Below, piece by piece: positions 51,983 through 61,102 of a stretch of DNA of 64,000 nt (positions are counted from its first letter, which is position 1; each line of letters opens with the position of its first letter). Origin of the DNA: a virus (lineage: Duplodnaviria > Heunggongvirae > Uroviricota > Caudoviricetes). The position numbers were made by a program, and so were the translations under genes. Under the pieces are notes generated by a model, which did not search any database, was not told where the DNA came from, and worked only from the letters and a program-made list of their open reading frames with translations. The stretch lies in IMG/VR virus record IMGVR_UViG_3300010279_000462; one strand, written 5' to 3'.

Positions 51983-54900
51983 ATGGGAGAGTTTGTCGGA
52001 AAACGAGTGGTTCCGGATCATGTTGGTATCTGGGATCAGAATAAGACCTATGAACCCCTGATGATCGTGCTGGACAATTCGACCGGCGACAGCTATATCA
52101 GCCGAAGGGCAGTGCCGACTGGCATTTCTCTGGCGGATGAGAGCTATTGGTCTCTGTGCGCCCACTACTCCGCACAGATGCGCAAGCTGGAACAGGACAT
52201 CAGTCTGGATGTCCAGCAGATGCACAGCGATGTGAGTGCTGCGAAGAATGCCATGAGCAAAGATCTGTCGGACACGAAAACCGCAATGAGCCGGGAACTG
52301 ACCGACACGCATACTGCCATGAGTCAGGAATTGTCGCAGACGGAACAGCGCGTGGAGAATAACCTCAAGCAGACCAGTGCCGAGCTGACGGGCAGGGTCG
52401 AACAGGCAAAATCCGACCTGAATACGGGTCGTCAGGAGTTGCAGGATGCTAAGACTACGCTGACCAAGCGCATGGATAGCATTGCCGGAAGCCGCACGAC
52501 CAATGCGGAGGTGCTGGACGCTCGTGTGGATGCAGAGGGTAAGACCCACACCAATCTTGGTGAGCATATCCGCAGCGGTTTTGAGCGCGTTTGGGGTGAC
52601 CAGCAGGAATCTGTGAATCATCTTTGCCGGATGGCGGCGGTAAGCGATGCGATGCGCACGGCGAACCTTGTCCATACGGTTGACACCGAGGCGCAGAATA
52701 CGTCTGGTGAAGTCAAGGCAAAAGCCGTGTCTTACGGACATGGTGACCGCGCGGGTGCTATCCTGAATGGTCAGCTGAAGGAAGGCGAGAATGGCGTGTC
52801 TGTTCTGCGCTTTACCGAGCCGATGTCGATCAAGGCTGGAACGCCGTATACCGTGTTCATCGATGAATCGACCCCGAAGATGGGCTACGGCGTTTTCTTC
52901 TATGAGGTCGATACCGGTGTCTGCCTGCAGGTGAATGGTGTGAACCGAGGTTTTACTCCGGCCAACAATGTCATTTCCACTGCGGTATTTGACAACGGCG
53001 GTATGTTCCGTGCTGGCGTTTATTCGACCGACTGTGAATTCGAGGATCACGAGATCCACCTGTATGTGGTGGAGGGCGAGTATACCCGGAAGGACTTCTT
53101 CGGTATGCCTGCTGCTGAAGATATCTCGAAGAACGCAGCCGAGATCGCATCCGTCCGGGATGAAGTGCGAAAGGACAACCTCATCATCATGCGGCAGGTC
53201 ATGGTGAATGATGAGGCCGGTGAGCCGCTCTTTACGGCGACCCCGGTTGGAACGCTGAATCTTGGCGCAACGGTGCTGAACGGAAAGTTGGGACCGACTG
53301 CCGGGACGTATATCACGCAGATTTCTGCCACGTTCCAGCTGGAGCAGGAGAAAAACTACACCCTGCTCGTTTTGGATGACCGCAAGGATATCGAATACTC
53401 TGTGTTCCTGCTGGATGTAGATGCGTGGAAGGATGTCATGGAAAACGGCAAGACCCGTGAATTCAATGTCATCCATAGCCCTTGCGGATTGATCCCCGCC
53501 CATCGCACGGGTCCGCATCAGCTCCGTTTGTGGGTCAAGACCGATACGGAGTTCAAGAACCGCGCGGTACAGGTCTATCTGGTAGAGGGCGAACACGAGG
53601 AGAATGAACTCCGCGCTTATCTCCCGGCCAAGGAAGCCGAAACTGCAGTGAGAGGTGTTTCAGAGAACATTGTCTCTGTCGGCCGGGTCAGTGATACTCT
53701 GCGCCGCAATAACCTGATCCGCACGGTCTCCCGAAAGGCTGTGGACTCCAGTAATGCGGTCCATGCCACGGCGGAAAGTCTGGGCGTATCTTCCGGCGCT
53801 ATCATCAACGGCAGCCTTGGGCCGAATGTAGGCATAAGTACTCTGCATTTTGGCGAGGACTTCTGGCTGGACAGCTCCAAGACCTACACCCTTTATGCTC
53901 GTGCCGGAGAAGATATGCCGGAATGTTCGGTCTACTTCTATGGAAACAGCAAGTCGGGATGTATGCAGGTGAGCGGTGTCAACAAGGGATTCAGTGTCCA
54001 TGCCATTGCACCGCAGACCTTCACTCCGGATGAAAGCTGCTATTATCGTCCGGGCGTGTACACCAGTCAGGATTTGGAGTTCGAGAACTGTGAGCTGCAT
54101 CTCTTTGTGCTGGAGGGCGTCTATACCTATGCGGATGTCCGTGGGCTTGTTGAGTTCAATGACCTAAACGACAGCAGCACTGCAATGTCCGCAGTGCGGG
54201 ACTTCATCCGGAAGAAAAATCTGCTCCGGACGACCAATTATTCGGATAGCAATGCTCAGACACAGGCAAAGATCCGGATAATCGCAGACAACGAGAGCGA
54301 CCAGTCTATGATTCGGATGGAAGGCAATATGGGCGGTGCGCTTGCACTGAACAGCATCCGCTGTACATCGCTTTTCCATCTGACGAAAGGAAGAACCTAC
54401 ACCCTGTTCGTGATTGCGGAGAAAGATTGCCCGATGCTCACTGCCTATGCCGGCGATGAGGTGACCTATGGCTCGGTACAGATCGGTGGTGTAACGGTTG
54501 CAGTCAACTCTAAGAACGATCCGGTGCATACCTTTACCGCTGACAAGGACTACGATTGCCGCCTGCGTATTGCCTGTGACACAGCCACGACCTTTACGGG
54601 ACAGAGAGCGTATTTCTATCTGGTAGAAGGCAGCTATACAGGACAGCAGATGCGCTCGTGGGCTGGGTATGATGAGCTGATGGCGTTGGAGTCTGCAACA
54701 AGTGAAATGACCCAAGCTCTGGCACAGAAGGAGGAAGCCCGCTGGAATTCTGTGCAGAACGGTTTGGAGAATGTTATGACAGTCTCGGACCGTGCGCGGA
54801 TGTACAACCTAGTGAAAACCATTGATTCCAGCGTGAAGAACAATGAGGGAAAAGTGGCTGCAACGGCAACTGCCTGCGGTATTCTCGACAATGCGGGTGT

Positions 54901-56947
54901 CGTTATCAACGGCACGATGTCCAGTGAGATGAACGCCAGCATCCTAAAGTTCTCCGAGCCGATGCATCTGGAAAAAGGCAAGACCTACACGGCGCATATC
55001 GTGGACCCTGACCCGACTGCACCGTACTCCATGTTCTTCTACAAGGTGGGTTCCAACGCCTGTTTGCAGCAGGATGGCGCGAATCGCGGTGTTTCGGCAA
55101 TCGGTGGCCGCTTTGAATTGGTGATCCCGGATACAACGGGAGATTATCAGATGGGCGTCTATTCCACCGGCGCACAGTTCGACAATCATCTGATCCATGC
55201 CTATCTGTATGAGGGCACGGATTGGAGTGCAGATGATTTCTATGCCTATCCCACCAGCACCCTGCTTGCAAGCTGCATTTCCGAGATGGCAGCAGTCAAG
55301 GACAGCGTTCGCAAGAAGAACCTTGTGCGGATGATGAGCGGCAAGGGATTCCGGGACGGTGCCGGTGTCTATCGGCTGAATGCAATCGGTATGCCCGACC
55401 CGGCGGGGCTTGTGCTGAATGGTGAGGTTGGTACAGCAACGACTGTGAGCTACACGAATATCAGCGAAGTGTTCCATCTGGAAGCAGGTCGGACCTACAC
55501 CATTCTGGTTCGGGATGACGATAAGACGATGGACTACAATGTGACGGTAGTTGATAAGACTACAGGCAACTCCATCCGGCAGGACGGAGCGGGGCTGGCG
55601 TTCCATGTTCAGAAGTCGCCTTTTGCGAACTTTGTCCCGGATGCCAGTCAGGATGTTCGTCTGCGCATCAACTTCCGTAAGGCGATGAGCTGTGAAGACC
55701 ATATCCTGCACGTTTATCTGGTCGAGGGTAAATACAGCCTGACGGATATGCTGGCGTTTGCACAGGAAAAAGAGGAAGAACCGGAAGAGGATACCGGCTT
55801 CCCTTATGAGAGCTATAACCTCCCGATCCTGAAATTGACCGGCTCCATGAAGGGCATCAGCAAGTCCAACAAAGTCAATCTGACCTACACCTACGGGGAA
55901 CTTTCTGGAAGCTGTACGCTGAAATGGCAGGGCGCATCCAGCATTGCCTACGACAAGAAGAACTTCACCATTACCTTCGGCGAGGCGCAGACCATCGTGG
56001 AGAGCTGGGGCGCACAGAAGAAGTACTGTCTGAAAGCGAATTATGTCGATTTCAGTCATTGCCGCAACATTGTGGCTGCTAAGCTCTGGGGTCAAGCCCT
56101 GCGCACCCGAACGAAGCGCAATGAAAAGCTGTATCCGCTGCCCAATGGTGGCGCTATTGATGGCTTCCCCATCATGCTGGTGATCAACGACGAGTATCAG
56201 GGCATCTATACCTTTAACATCCCGAAAGACAAGTGGATGTTTGGTATGACGGACGGTGCAAGGGAGTGTATCCTGACTGCTGAGACCCACGCCAAGGGAA
56301 CACAGTTTGCAGAGGAAGCCAAGGTCGATACGACAGACTTCGAGATGGAGTATGTGCCGGATGAAGCCAATACCCAGTGGGTCAAGGACAGCGTGAACAC
56401 CCTGATCCGCACGGTCATGAACTTTAGCGGAACCACGGCGGCAGAAGTGGACAGTGTGATTGGTCCTTATCTGGACATCGACAGCGCGGTGGACTATTTC
56501 ATCATCACCTGTATGTTTGCCCTGACGGACAACCTCGACAAGAACTATATCCTGCTCACTTTCGATGGCGTGAAATGGATGTTTTCCGAGTATGACCTGG
56601 ATACGGCATTCGGTAACTGCTGGAACGGCAAAACCTACTACAATCCGAGTACCATTGTGACCCTTAAGAGTTTTGCGAATACCCATAAGATGATGGGTAT
56701 CCTCTACAACTGCTATAAGGACAAGATCAAAGCCCGGTATGCCGCACTGCGCAAGAATGTTCTGAGCGAAGGCAATGTGCAGACGACCGTTTCCAACTTC
56801 CTCGTGGACATCCCGAAAGGGCTGCTGGATGAGGAAGTTGTTCTGTGGCCGAAGATTCCCGGCACGAACACAAACAATATGAGCCAGATTCTCAACTGGT
56901 ATCGCCTGCGCTGCATCGAGATGGACGCAGAGATCAACGCACTCTAA
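51983..56947 (+). CDS. tail fiber / receptor-binding protein 1 (1654 aa)
   Basis: The N-terminal ~190 aa are shared with fiber 2 (MGEFVG...YISR..VP, THTAMSQEL repeats). Five modules of about 230 aa each open with ..VR(K)KNL.R. Distinct C-terminal domain. Confidence 0.75.
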   Translation: MGEFVGKRVVPDHVGIWDQNKTYEPLMIVLDNSTGDSYISRRAVPTGISLADESYWSLCAHYSAQMRKLEQDISLDVQQMHSDVSAAKNAMSKDLSDTKTAMSRELTDTHTAMSQELSQTEQRVENNLKQTSAELTGRVEQAKSDLNTGRQELQDAKTTLTKRMDSIAGSRTTNAEVLDARVDAEGKTHTNLGEHIRSGFERVWGDQQESVNHLCRMAAVSDAMRTANLVHTVDTEAQNTSGEVKAKAVSYGHGDRAGAILNGQLKEGENGVSVLRFTEPMSIKAGTPYTVFIDESTPKMGYGVFFYEVDTGVCLQVNGVNRGFTPANNVISTAVFDNGGMFRAGVYSTDCEFEDHEIHLYVVEGEYTRKDFFGMPAAEDISKNAAEIASVRDEVRKDNLIIMRQVMVNDEAGEPLFTATPVGTLNLGATVLNGKLGPTAGTYITQISATFQLEQEKNYTLLVLDDRKDIEYSVFLLDVDAWKDVMENGKTREFNVIHSPCGLIPAHRTGPHQLRLWVKTDTEFKNRAVQVYLVEGEHEENELRAYLPAKEAETAVRGVSENIVSVGRVSDTLRRNNLIRTVSRKAVDSSNAVHATAESLGVSSGAIINGSLGPNVGISTLHFGEDFWLDSSKTYTLYARAGEDMPECSVYFYGNSKSGCMQVSGVNKGFSVHAIAPQTFTPDESCYYRPGVYTSQDLEFENCELHLFVLEGVYTYADVRGLVEFNDLNDSSTAMSAVRDFIRKKNLLRTTNYSDSNAQTQAKIRIIADNESDQSMIRMEGNMGGALALNSIRCTSLFHLTKGRTYTLFVIAEKDCPMLTAYAGDEVTYGSVQIGGVTVAVNSKNDPVHTFTADKDYDCRLRIACDTATTFTGQRAYFYLVEGSYTGQQMRSWAGYDELMALESATSEMTQALAQKEEARWNSVQNGLENVMTVSDRARMYNLVKTIDSSVKNNEGKVAATATACGILDNAGVVINGTMSSEMNASILKFSEPMHLEKGKTYTAHIVDPDPTAPYSMFFYKVGSNACLQQDGANRGVSAIGGRFELVIPDTTGDYQMGVYSTGAQFDNHLIHAYLYEGTDWSADDFYAYPTSTLLASCISEMAAVKDSVRKKNLVRMMSGKGFRDGAGVYRLNAIGMPDPAGLVLNGEVGTATTVSYTNISEVFHLEAGRTYTILVRDDDKTMDYNVTVVDKTTGNSIRQDGAGLAFHVQKSPFANFVPDASQDVRLRINFRKAMSCEDHILHVYLVEGKYSLTDMLAFAQEKEEEPEEDTGFPYESYNLPILKLTGSMKGISKSNKVNLTYTYGELSGSCTLKWQGASSIAYDKKNFTITFGEAQTIVESWGAQKKYCLKANYVDFSHCRNIVAAKLWGQALRTRTKRNEKLYPLPNGGAIDGFPIMLVINDEYQGIYTFNIPKDKWMFGMTDGARECILTAETHAKGTQFAEEAKVDTTDFEMEYVPDEANTQWVKDSVNTLIRTVMNFSGTTAAEVDSVIGPYLDIDSAVDYFIITCMFALTDNLDKNYILLTFDGVKWMFSEYDLDTAFGNCWNGKTYYNPSTIVTLKSFANTHKMMGILYNCYKDKIKARYAALRKNVLSEGNVQTTVSNFLVDIPKGLLDEEVVLWPKIPGTNTNNMSQILNWYRLRCIEMDAEINAL

Positions 56948-56960
56948 GGAGGTCAATTCT

Positions 56961-57086
56961 ATGAAGAAACACGTTAATATGACTAAATTTTTCGGGGGGG
57001 GGGTAGTCCTGACAGCTGATTCTCATCCTCCTCCTGCTCACTGGAAAGTCATAAGAAAGCCTAACAGCAAGCAGGAAGGAGAATGA
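56961..57086 (+). CDS. 41-codon leader ORF containing a G10 homopolymer
   Basis: Strong RBS TAAGGAGG 8 nt upstream. G10 at 56994-57003 encodes GGG. Stop lies 5 nt before the fiber-2 ATG. Confidence 0.4.
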   Translation: MKKHVNMTKFFGGGVVLTADSHPPPAHWKVIRKPNSKQEGE

Positions 57087-57090
57087 GATC

Positions 57091-59703
57091 ATGGGTGAAT
57101 TCGTAGGCGGCCGCATCGTGCCCAAGCACTGCGGCGTATGGAACAAGAACACAAAGTACGAAATGCTCAGCATCGTATTTCAGCCGGAAACGGGCAACAG
57201 CTATATCAGCCGAAAGAACGTCCCGGAGGGTACTGCTTTGAGCAGCGAGGAATACTGGGCGCTCTCTGCAGAGTATTCGGCACAGGTCCACCGGCTGGAA
57301 CAGGATGTTGAAGCGGATGTGGAGCAGATGCACACCGACCTTGCCGCAACCAAGGAAGCGATGAGCAAGGAACTCTCTGAAACGCATACTGCGATGAGCC
57401 AAGAGCTGACAGAGACCCACACCGCCATGAGTGAGGAGTTGTCTGAAACGGAGAATCGGCTGAATACCAGCCTTCAGCGGACCACGGACGCTCTGACTGG
57501 ACAGGTGAACCAGGCAAAGTCTGACCTGAACACGGGCCGTCAGGAGTTGCAGGAGGCGAAGACCACGCTGACCAAGCGTATGGACAGTATTGCTGGCGGC
57601 CGAACGACCAACGCTGAGATTCTGGATGCCCGTGTCGATAACCAGGGCGTAACGCACGACACAATTGGCGCGGCAATGCGCTCGGCAGAACAGACGCGCG
57701 GACTGTGGGATAGCTGGTTCTCTTCCATTGTGACGCAGCTTCTGGATGAGGCGACTGGGCGGGAAACGGAAGCATTGACTTTCGATTCTACAATCAAGAC
57801 CTTTATCAATCTGGATGGCACGGTGGGAACGCTGGCAAATGACAGTGACAGCGGTTGGCACACTTCCGAGATGATTCCGGTCGTTGCAGGTCATGTGTAT
57901 GTGGTGACTGCATCAAGCGGTTGGAGAAAATACTACTATGCTTTCTACGACAGCGATGAGAAGGTTCTTTCTGGTGAAATCGCGCCGGATAACAGCTCTG
58001 CCCGCATTGAGAATCGTGTTGTGATTGCGCCGGTTGGTGCCGTTACGATGCGCATCACATGGATTCAGAGCACCACCTTTATCGGAAAGGTCGAGGAAGT
58101 GACGCGGTTCCTCTTTGCCTCCAATGAACTGAACGGAAAGCCGGAGGAACGTGTGGCGGCTCTGGAAGGTGAAATGGACAGGGCACAGGCTGATCTAACT
58201 GCGGCGGCAACAGGAGAGCAGAACACGCTGGACAGTGCAGCGGTGGTCGAGGGTGAAGCCATTGAAATCACTTACACGGCAAACCGCTGCATCAACGAAA
58301 GAGCAGGTGAAATCAGTCCTCTGGCAACAGAGAACACTGCCTTCCGTGTCTCTGACCCTATTCCTGTGGTTCCGGGTGAGCTGTACGCTTTTACAGTGTC
58401 TGGTGGCTGGCACAAGTATCTGTATGCGTTCTATAATGCCGATGGAAAAGTTGTCGGCGGATTTCAGGAGCATCGTGATGCTGTTGGTACCTACTATGAT
58501 AGGATTTCACCGGTTCCGGCAACTGCGGCTACTGTGCGTATTGCGTGGATTGAAAACAGTCATTTCACCGGCGTGATCAAGAAGGTGAGTCGTATCAGCT
58601 ACCCTTCGGCAGAGCTTGTTGGCGTTGCCGCGGAAGAAGCTGCTGTTCGGGATAGCAAGATTGCCGGGCTGGAATCCTATCTGGCCACCAAGGTCGTTGA
58701 CGAAAACTACGAGTATGCCATTGGCGATAAGCTCAAGGTCACGGAGAATACTGGTATTGTCTTGAATCCGACGACTGGCGCCAAGGTCAAGGAGCCAACC
58801 GGTAACACGAACTACCGGGTCACGGAACCTATTTCTGTGGAGCCGTACACGCCGTACTGCATCAATGCAGCTGGAAGGGCTGGCTACGGACTGTATGCGT
58901 TCTATGATGCGGCTGGCAATCGTGTCGGCGGTGAAAACAATACCAGTGGAGCCGACCGAAAGATTGAGAACAAGACTGTGGTTGCGCCGGCAAGAGCCGC
59001 GACAGTTCGGATTGCCTGCATCCGTGGCGTTCAGGAGTGCTCTATTCAGAAAATGACGCGCGGCTATTTTATCGGTATGAAGCCGAAATGGGCGGGCCGC
59101 ACTTGGGTATGCCTGGGTGACAGCCTGACGGAGAACAACAGCCGAACCACAAAGCACTACTTCGACTATATTGCCGAAAAGACCGGCATCAGCGTAGTCA
59201 ATCTCGGTGTAAGCGGGACTGGTTATATGCGGCGTCAGGATATCAACAGAGCCTTCTACCAGCGGGTAAGTGATATCCCGGTGGATGCCGATGTGATCAC
59301 CATCTTTGGCAGCGGCAACGACCTGAGCCTGACACTGGGGACGGTTACAGATACCGGCACGGATACGCTTTGCGGCTGTATCAATGCGACTATTGATGCA
59401 ATCTACGAGCGCATCCCGTTGGCACGGCTTGGCATCGTAACGCCGACTCCGTGGGTTGGCAGTATGCCCTCTAAGACCACTTGTGCTATGGCAAAGTATT
59501 CGGATGCCATCGTTGAGATTTGCAAGCGGCGCAGTATTCCGTGTCTTGACCTCTACCGCGAATCCAATCTGCGCCCGGATGATGAGAATTTCCGCAAGCT
59601 GGCTTTCTCGAAGGATGACGGTAACGGTGTGCATCCGGACGAAAAAGGACACGAGATTATTGCGGCATCGTTCCAGAGTTTGCTGGAACGGCTCATTCTC
59701 TAA
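57091..59703 (+). CDS. tail fiber 2 with three CBM-like repeats and a C-terminal SGNH/GDSL hydrolase
   Basis: N-terminus paralogous to fiber 1. Three repeats of about 95 aa. C-terminal GDSLTE...GSGND...DGNGVHPDEKGH (SGNH catalytic motifs). Confidence 0.8.
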   Translation: MGEFVGGRIVPKHCGVWNKNTKYEMLSIVFQPETGNSYISRKNVPEGTALSSEEYWALSAEYSAQVHRLEQDVEADVEQMHTDLAATKEAMSKELSETHTAMSQELTETHTAMSEELSETENRLNTSLQRTTDALTGQVNQAKSDLNTGRQELQEAKTTLTKRMDSIAGGRTTNAEILDARVDNQGVTHDTIGAAMRSAEQTRGLWDSWFSSIVTQLLDEATGRETEALTFDSTIKTFINLDGTVGTLANDSDSGWHTSEMIPVVAGHVYVVTASSGWRKYYYAFYDSDEKVLSGEIAPDNSSARIENRVVIAPVGAVTMRITWIQSTTFIGKVEEVTRFLFASNELNGKPEERVAALEGEMDRAQADLTAAATGEQNTLDSAAVVEGEAIEITYTANRCINERAGEISPLATENTAFRVSDPIPVVPGELYAFTVSGGWHKYLYAFYNADGKVVGGFQEHRDAVGTYYDRISPVPATAATVRIAWIENSHFTGVIKKVSRISYPSAELVGVAAEEAAVRDSKIAGLESYLATKVVDENYEYAIGDKLKVTENTGIVLNPTTGAKVKEPTGNTNYRVTEPISVEPYTPYCINAAGRAGYGLYAFYDAAGNRVGGENNTSGADRKIENKTVVAPARAATVRIACIRGVQECSIQKMTRGYFIGMKPKWAGRTWVCLGDSLTENNSRTTKHYFDYIAEKTGISVVNLGVSGTGYMRRQDINRAFYQRVSDIPVDADVITIFGSGNDLSLTLGTVTDTGTDTLCGCINATIDAIYERIPLARLGIVTPTPWVGSMPSKTTCAMAKYSDAIVEICKRRSIPCLDLYRESNLRPDDENFRKLAFSKDDGNGVHPDEKGHEIIAASFQSLLERLIL

Positions 59704-59708
59704 CACCC

Positions 59709-59731
59709 CACAGCCCAGCGGCTGTGTTTTT
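59709..59731 (+). terminator. rho-independent terminator
   Basis: CACAGCC-CAGC-GGCTGTG followed by TTTTT. Confidence 0.7.
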
Positions 59732-59813
59732 AATAGATTACCACTACACAGGGGCGGCAGACACCGTCCCAATTTTTATGCCCTGAAATGGGGCAGGAAA
59801 GGCAAGGTACAAT

Positions 59814-60245
59814 ATGCAGAATGTGATCGACAAGATCCAGTTCGCTTTTGCGGCACTGGGCGGCTTTCTCGGTTGGTTTTTCGGAGGCTTTGATGGCTTC
59901 CTCTACGCGCTCATCATCTTTGTGGTGACCGACTACTTTACTGGCATCCTTGCGGCAGGCATTCGCAAGGAGTTGTCCAGCGAGGTGGGCTTCAAGGGCA
60001 TCGCAAAGAAGGTGTGCATCTTCCTGCTGGTGGGCATGGCGAATGTCATTGACACGCAGGTACTCCAGAACGGAGCAGCCATCCGCACGGCAGTGATCTT
60101 CTTCTATCTGTCCAATGAAGGTCTGTCTATTCTGGAGAACTCCGCCGTCATCGGAATTCCCATCCCGGACAAGCTGAAGGAGATGCTGATCCAGCTGACC
60201 AAGGAAAAGCACATCCCTGAAAAGAGCGATGAGGACGATAATTGA
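59814..60245 (+). CDS. holin (TcdE/phage_holin_4-like)
   Basis: 143 aa. Three TM segments and a charged C-terminus. Confidence 0.7.
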   Translation: MQNVIDKIQFAFAALGGFLGWFFGGFDGFLYALIIFVVTDYFTGILAAGIRKELSSEVGFKGIAKKVCIFLLVGMANVIDTQVLQNGAAIRTAVIFFYLSNEGLSILENSAVIGIPIPDKLKEMLIQLTKEKHIPEKSDEDDN

Positions 60246-60362
60246 CCTCTATTGAGAGAAATTTTCATGAGAAGGCTTAACTTTCGTCAGAAAATCGTGC
60301 GCTTTATGAAGGAGTGTTTATGGGAGAGGGCAACCTCTCCCTCATTTTGAGGAGGAACAGTT

Positions 60363-61031
60363 ATGAGTGAATATCCTGCAAAGCTGACCACCGGCTATTA
60401 CCGTGTGCGGAGCAATTGGGAAGATGAGGCATCCCAGCTCGGAGCCTACAAGCTGCTGTCAAATGCCAAGGCTAAGTGTGACGAAAACCCCGGCAGCTAT
60501 GTGTTTGCCGAGGACGGCACCGTAATCTACCCGGAAGACGAACCTGCAACTCGTGAAGAACTGGGCGAGGAGAAGCCTGTGTTGGACAAACCGGAGGAGC
60601 ATCCTACTGAGGATGAGTCTGGTAAGGATGACTCCGCCGACAGCGAGGAGTTCCCACCCGCAGAGGCACAGCCGGATGCTAATGCCTATGGCAAGCTGAA
60701 AACGCTGATGAACATCCGGGCGGAACCCGACCTCACTGCCGAGGTGAAAGCAATCTACCCGGTTGGAACCATTGTGGAGGTGCTGGAGGTCTGCGGTGAC
60801 TGGCTGAAGATCAGATGCCCGGAAGCAGAGAATGGCATTGCGTATGTGCTGAATGCTGAGGGCGAGTATGTCTTTGTCGGCCGGAATGTGTACGAAGTCG
60901 TAGCGGGGGACAACCTGTGGCGCATTGCAGAGCGCAAGCTCGGCAGCGGTACCCGCTATACCGACATCCGTGCGCTGAACGGCCTGACATCCAACACCAT
61001 CCGCATTGGCATGAAGCTCCTGCTTCCCTGA
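60363..61031 (+). CDS. cell-wall-binding protein (novel N-domain, SH3-like and LysM), no catalytic domain
   Basis: N-terminal domain YRVRSNWEDEASQLGAYKLLSNAKAKCDENPGSYVF is paralogous to the endolysin C-terminal module. C-terminal LysM (GDNLWRIAERKLG...IRIGMKLLLP). Confidence 0.65.
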   Translation: MSEYPAKLTTGYYRVRSNWEDEASQLGAYKLLSNAKAKCDENPGSYVFAEDGTVIYPEDEPATREELGEEKPVLDKPEEHPTEDESGKDDSADSEEFPPAEAQPDANAYGKLKTLMNIRAEPDLTAEVKAIYPVGTIVEVLEVCGDWLKIRCPEAENGIAYVLNAEGEYVFVGRNVYEVVAGDNLWRIAERKLGSGTRYTDIRALNGLTSNTIRIGMKLLLP

Positions 61032-61060
61032 TGCCCGCTGAAACAAATCAACCATGCACG

Positions 61061-61085
61061 GCCCGGAGCAATCCGGGCTTTTTTC
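61061..61085 (+). terminator. rho-independent terminator
   Basis: GCCCGG-AGCAAT-CCGGGC followed by TTTTTTC. Confidence 0.65.
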
Positions 61086-61102
61086 ATTTGGAGGAAAAGA
61101 CT

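Noticed and set aside
51983-56947. Repetitive fiber gene considered as a diversity-generating retroelement target
   Set aside because: No reverse transcriptase and no template-repeat/variable-repeat pair with adenine-specific differences are visible. The repeats are diverged protein-domain duplications.
56994-57003. G10 tract considered as a sequencing or assembly artefact
   Set aside because: That cannot be excluded without reads. It sits inside a well-formed RBS-initiated ORF whose stop is exactly coupled to the fiber-2 start, so it is kept as a finding with stated checks.
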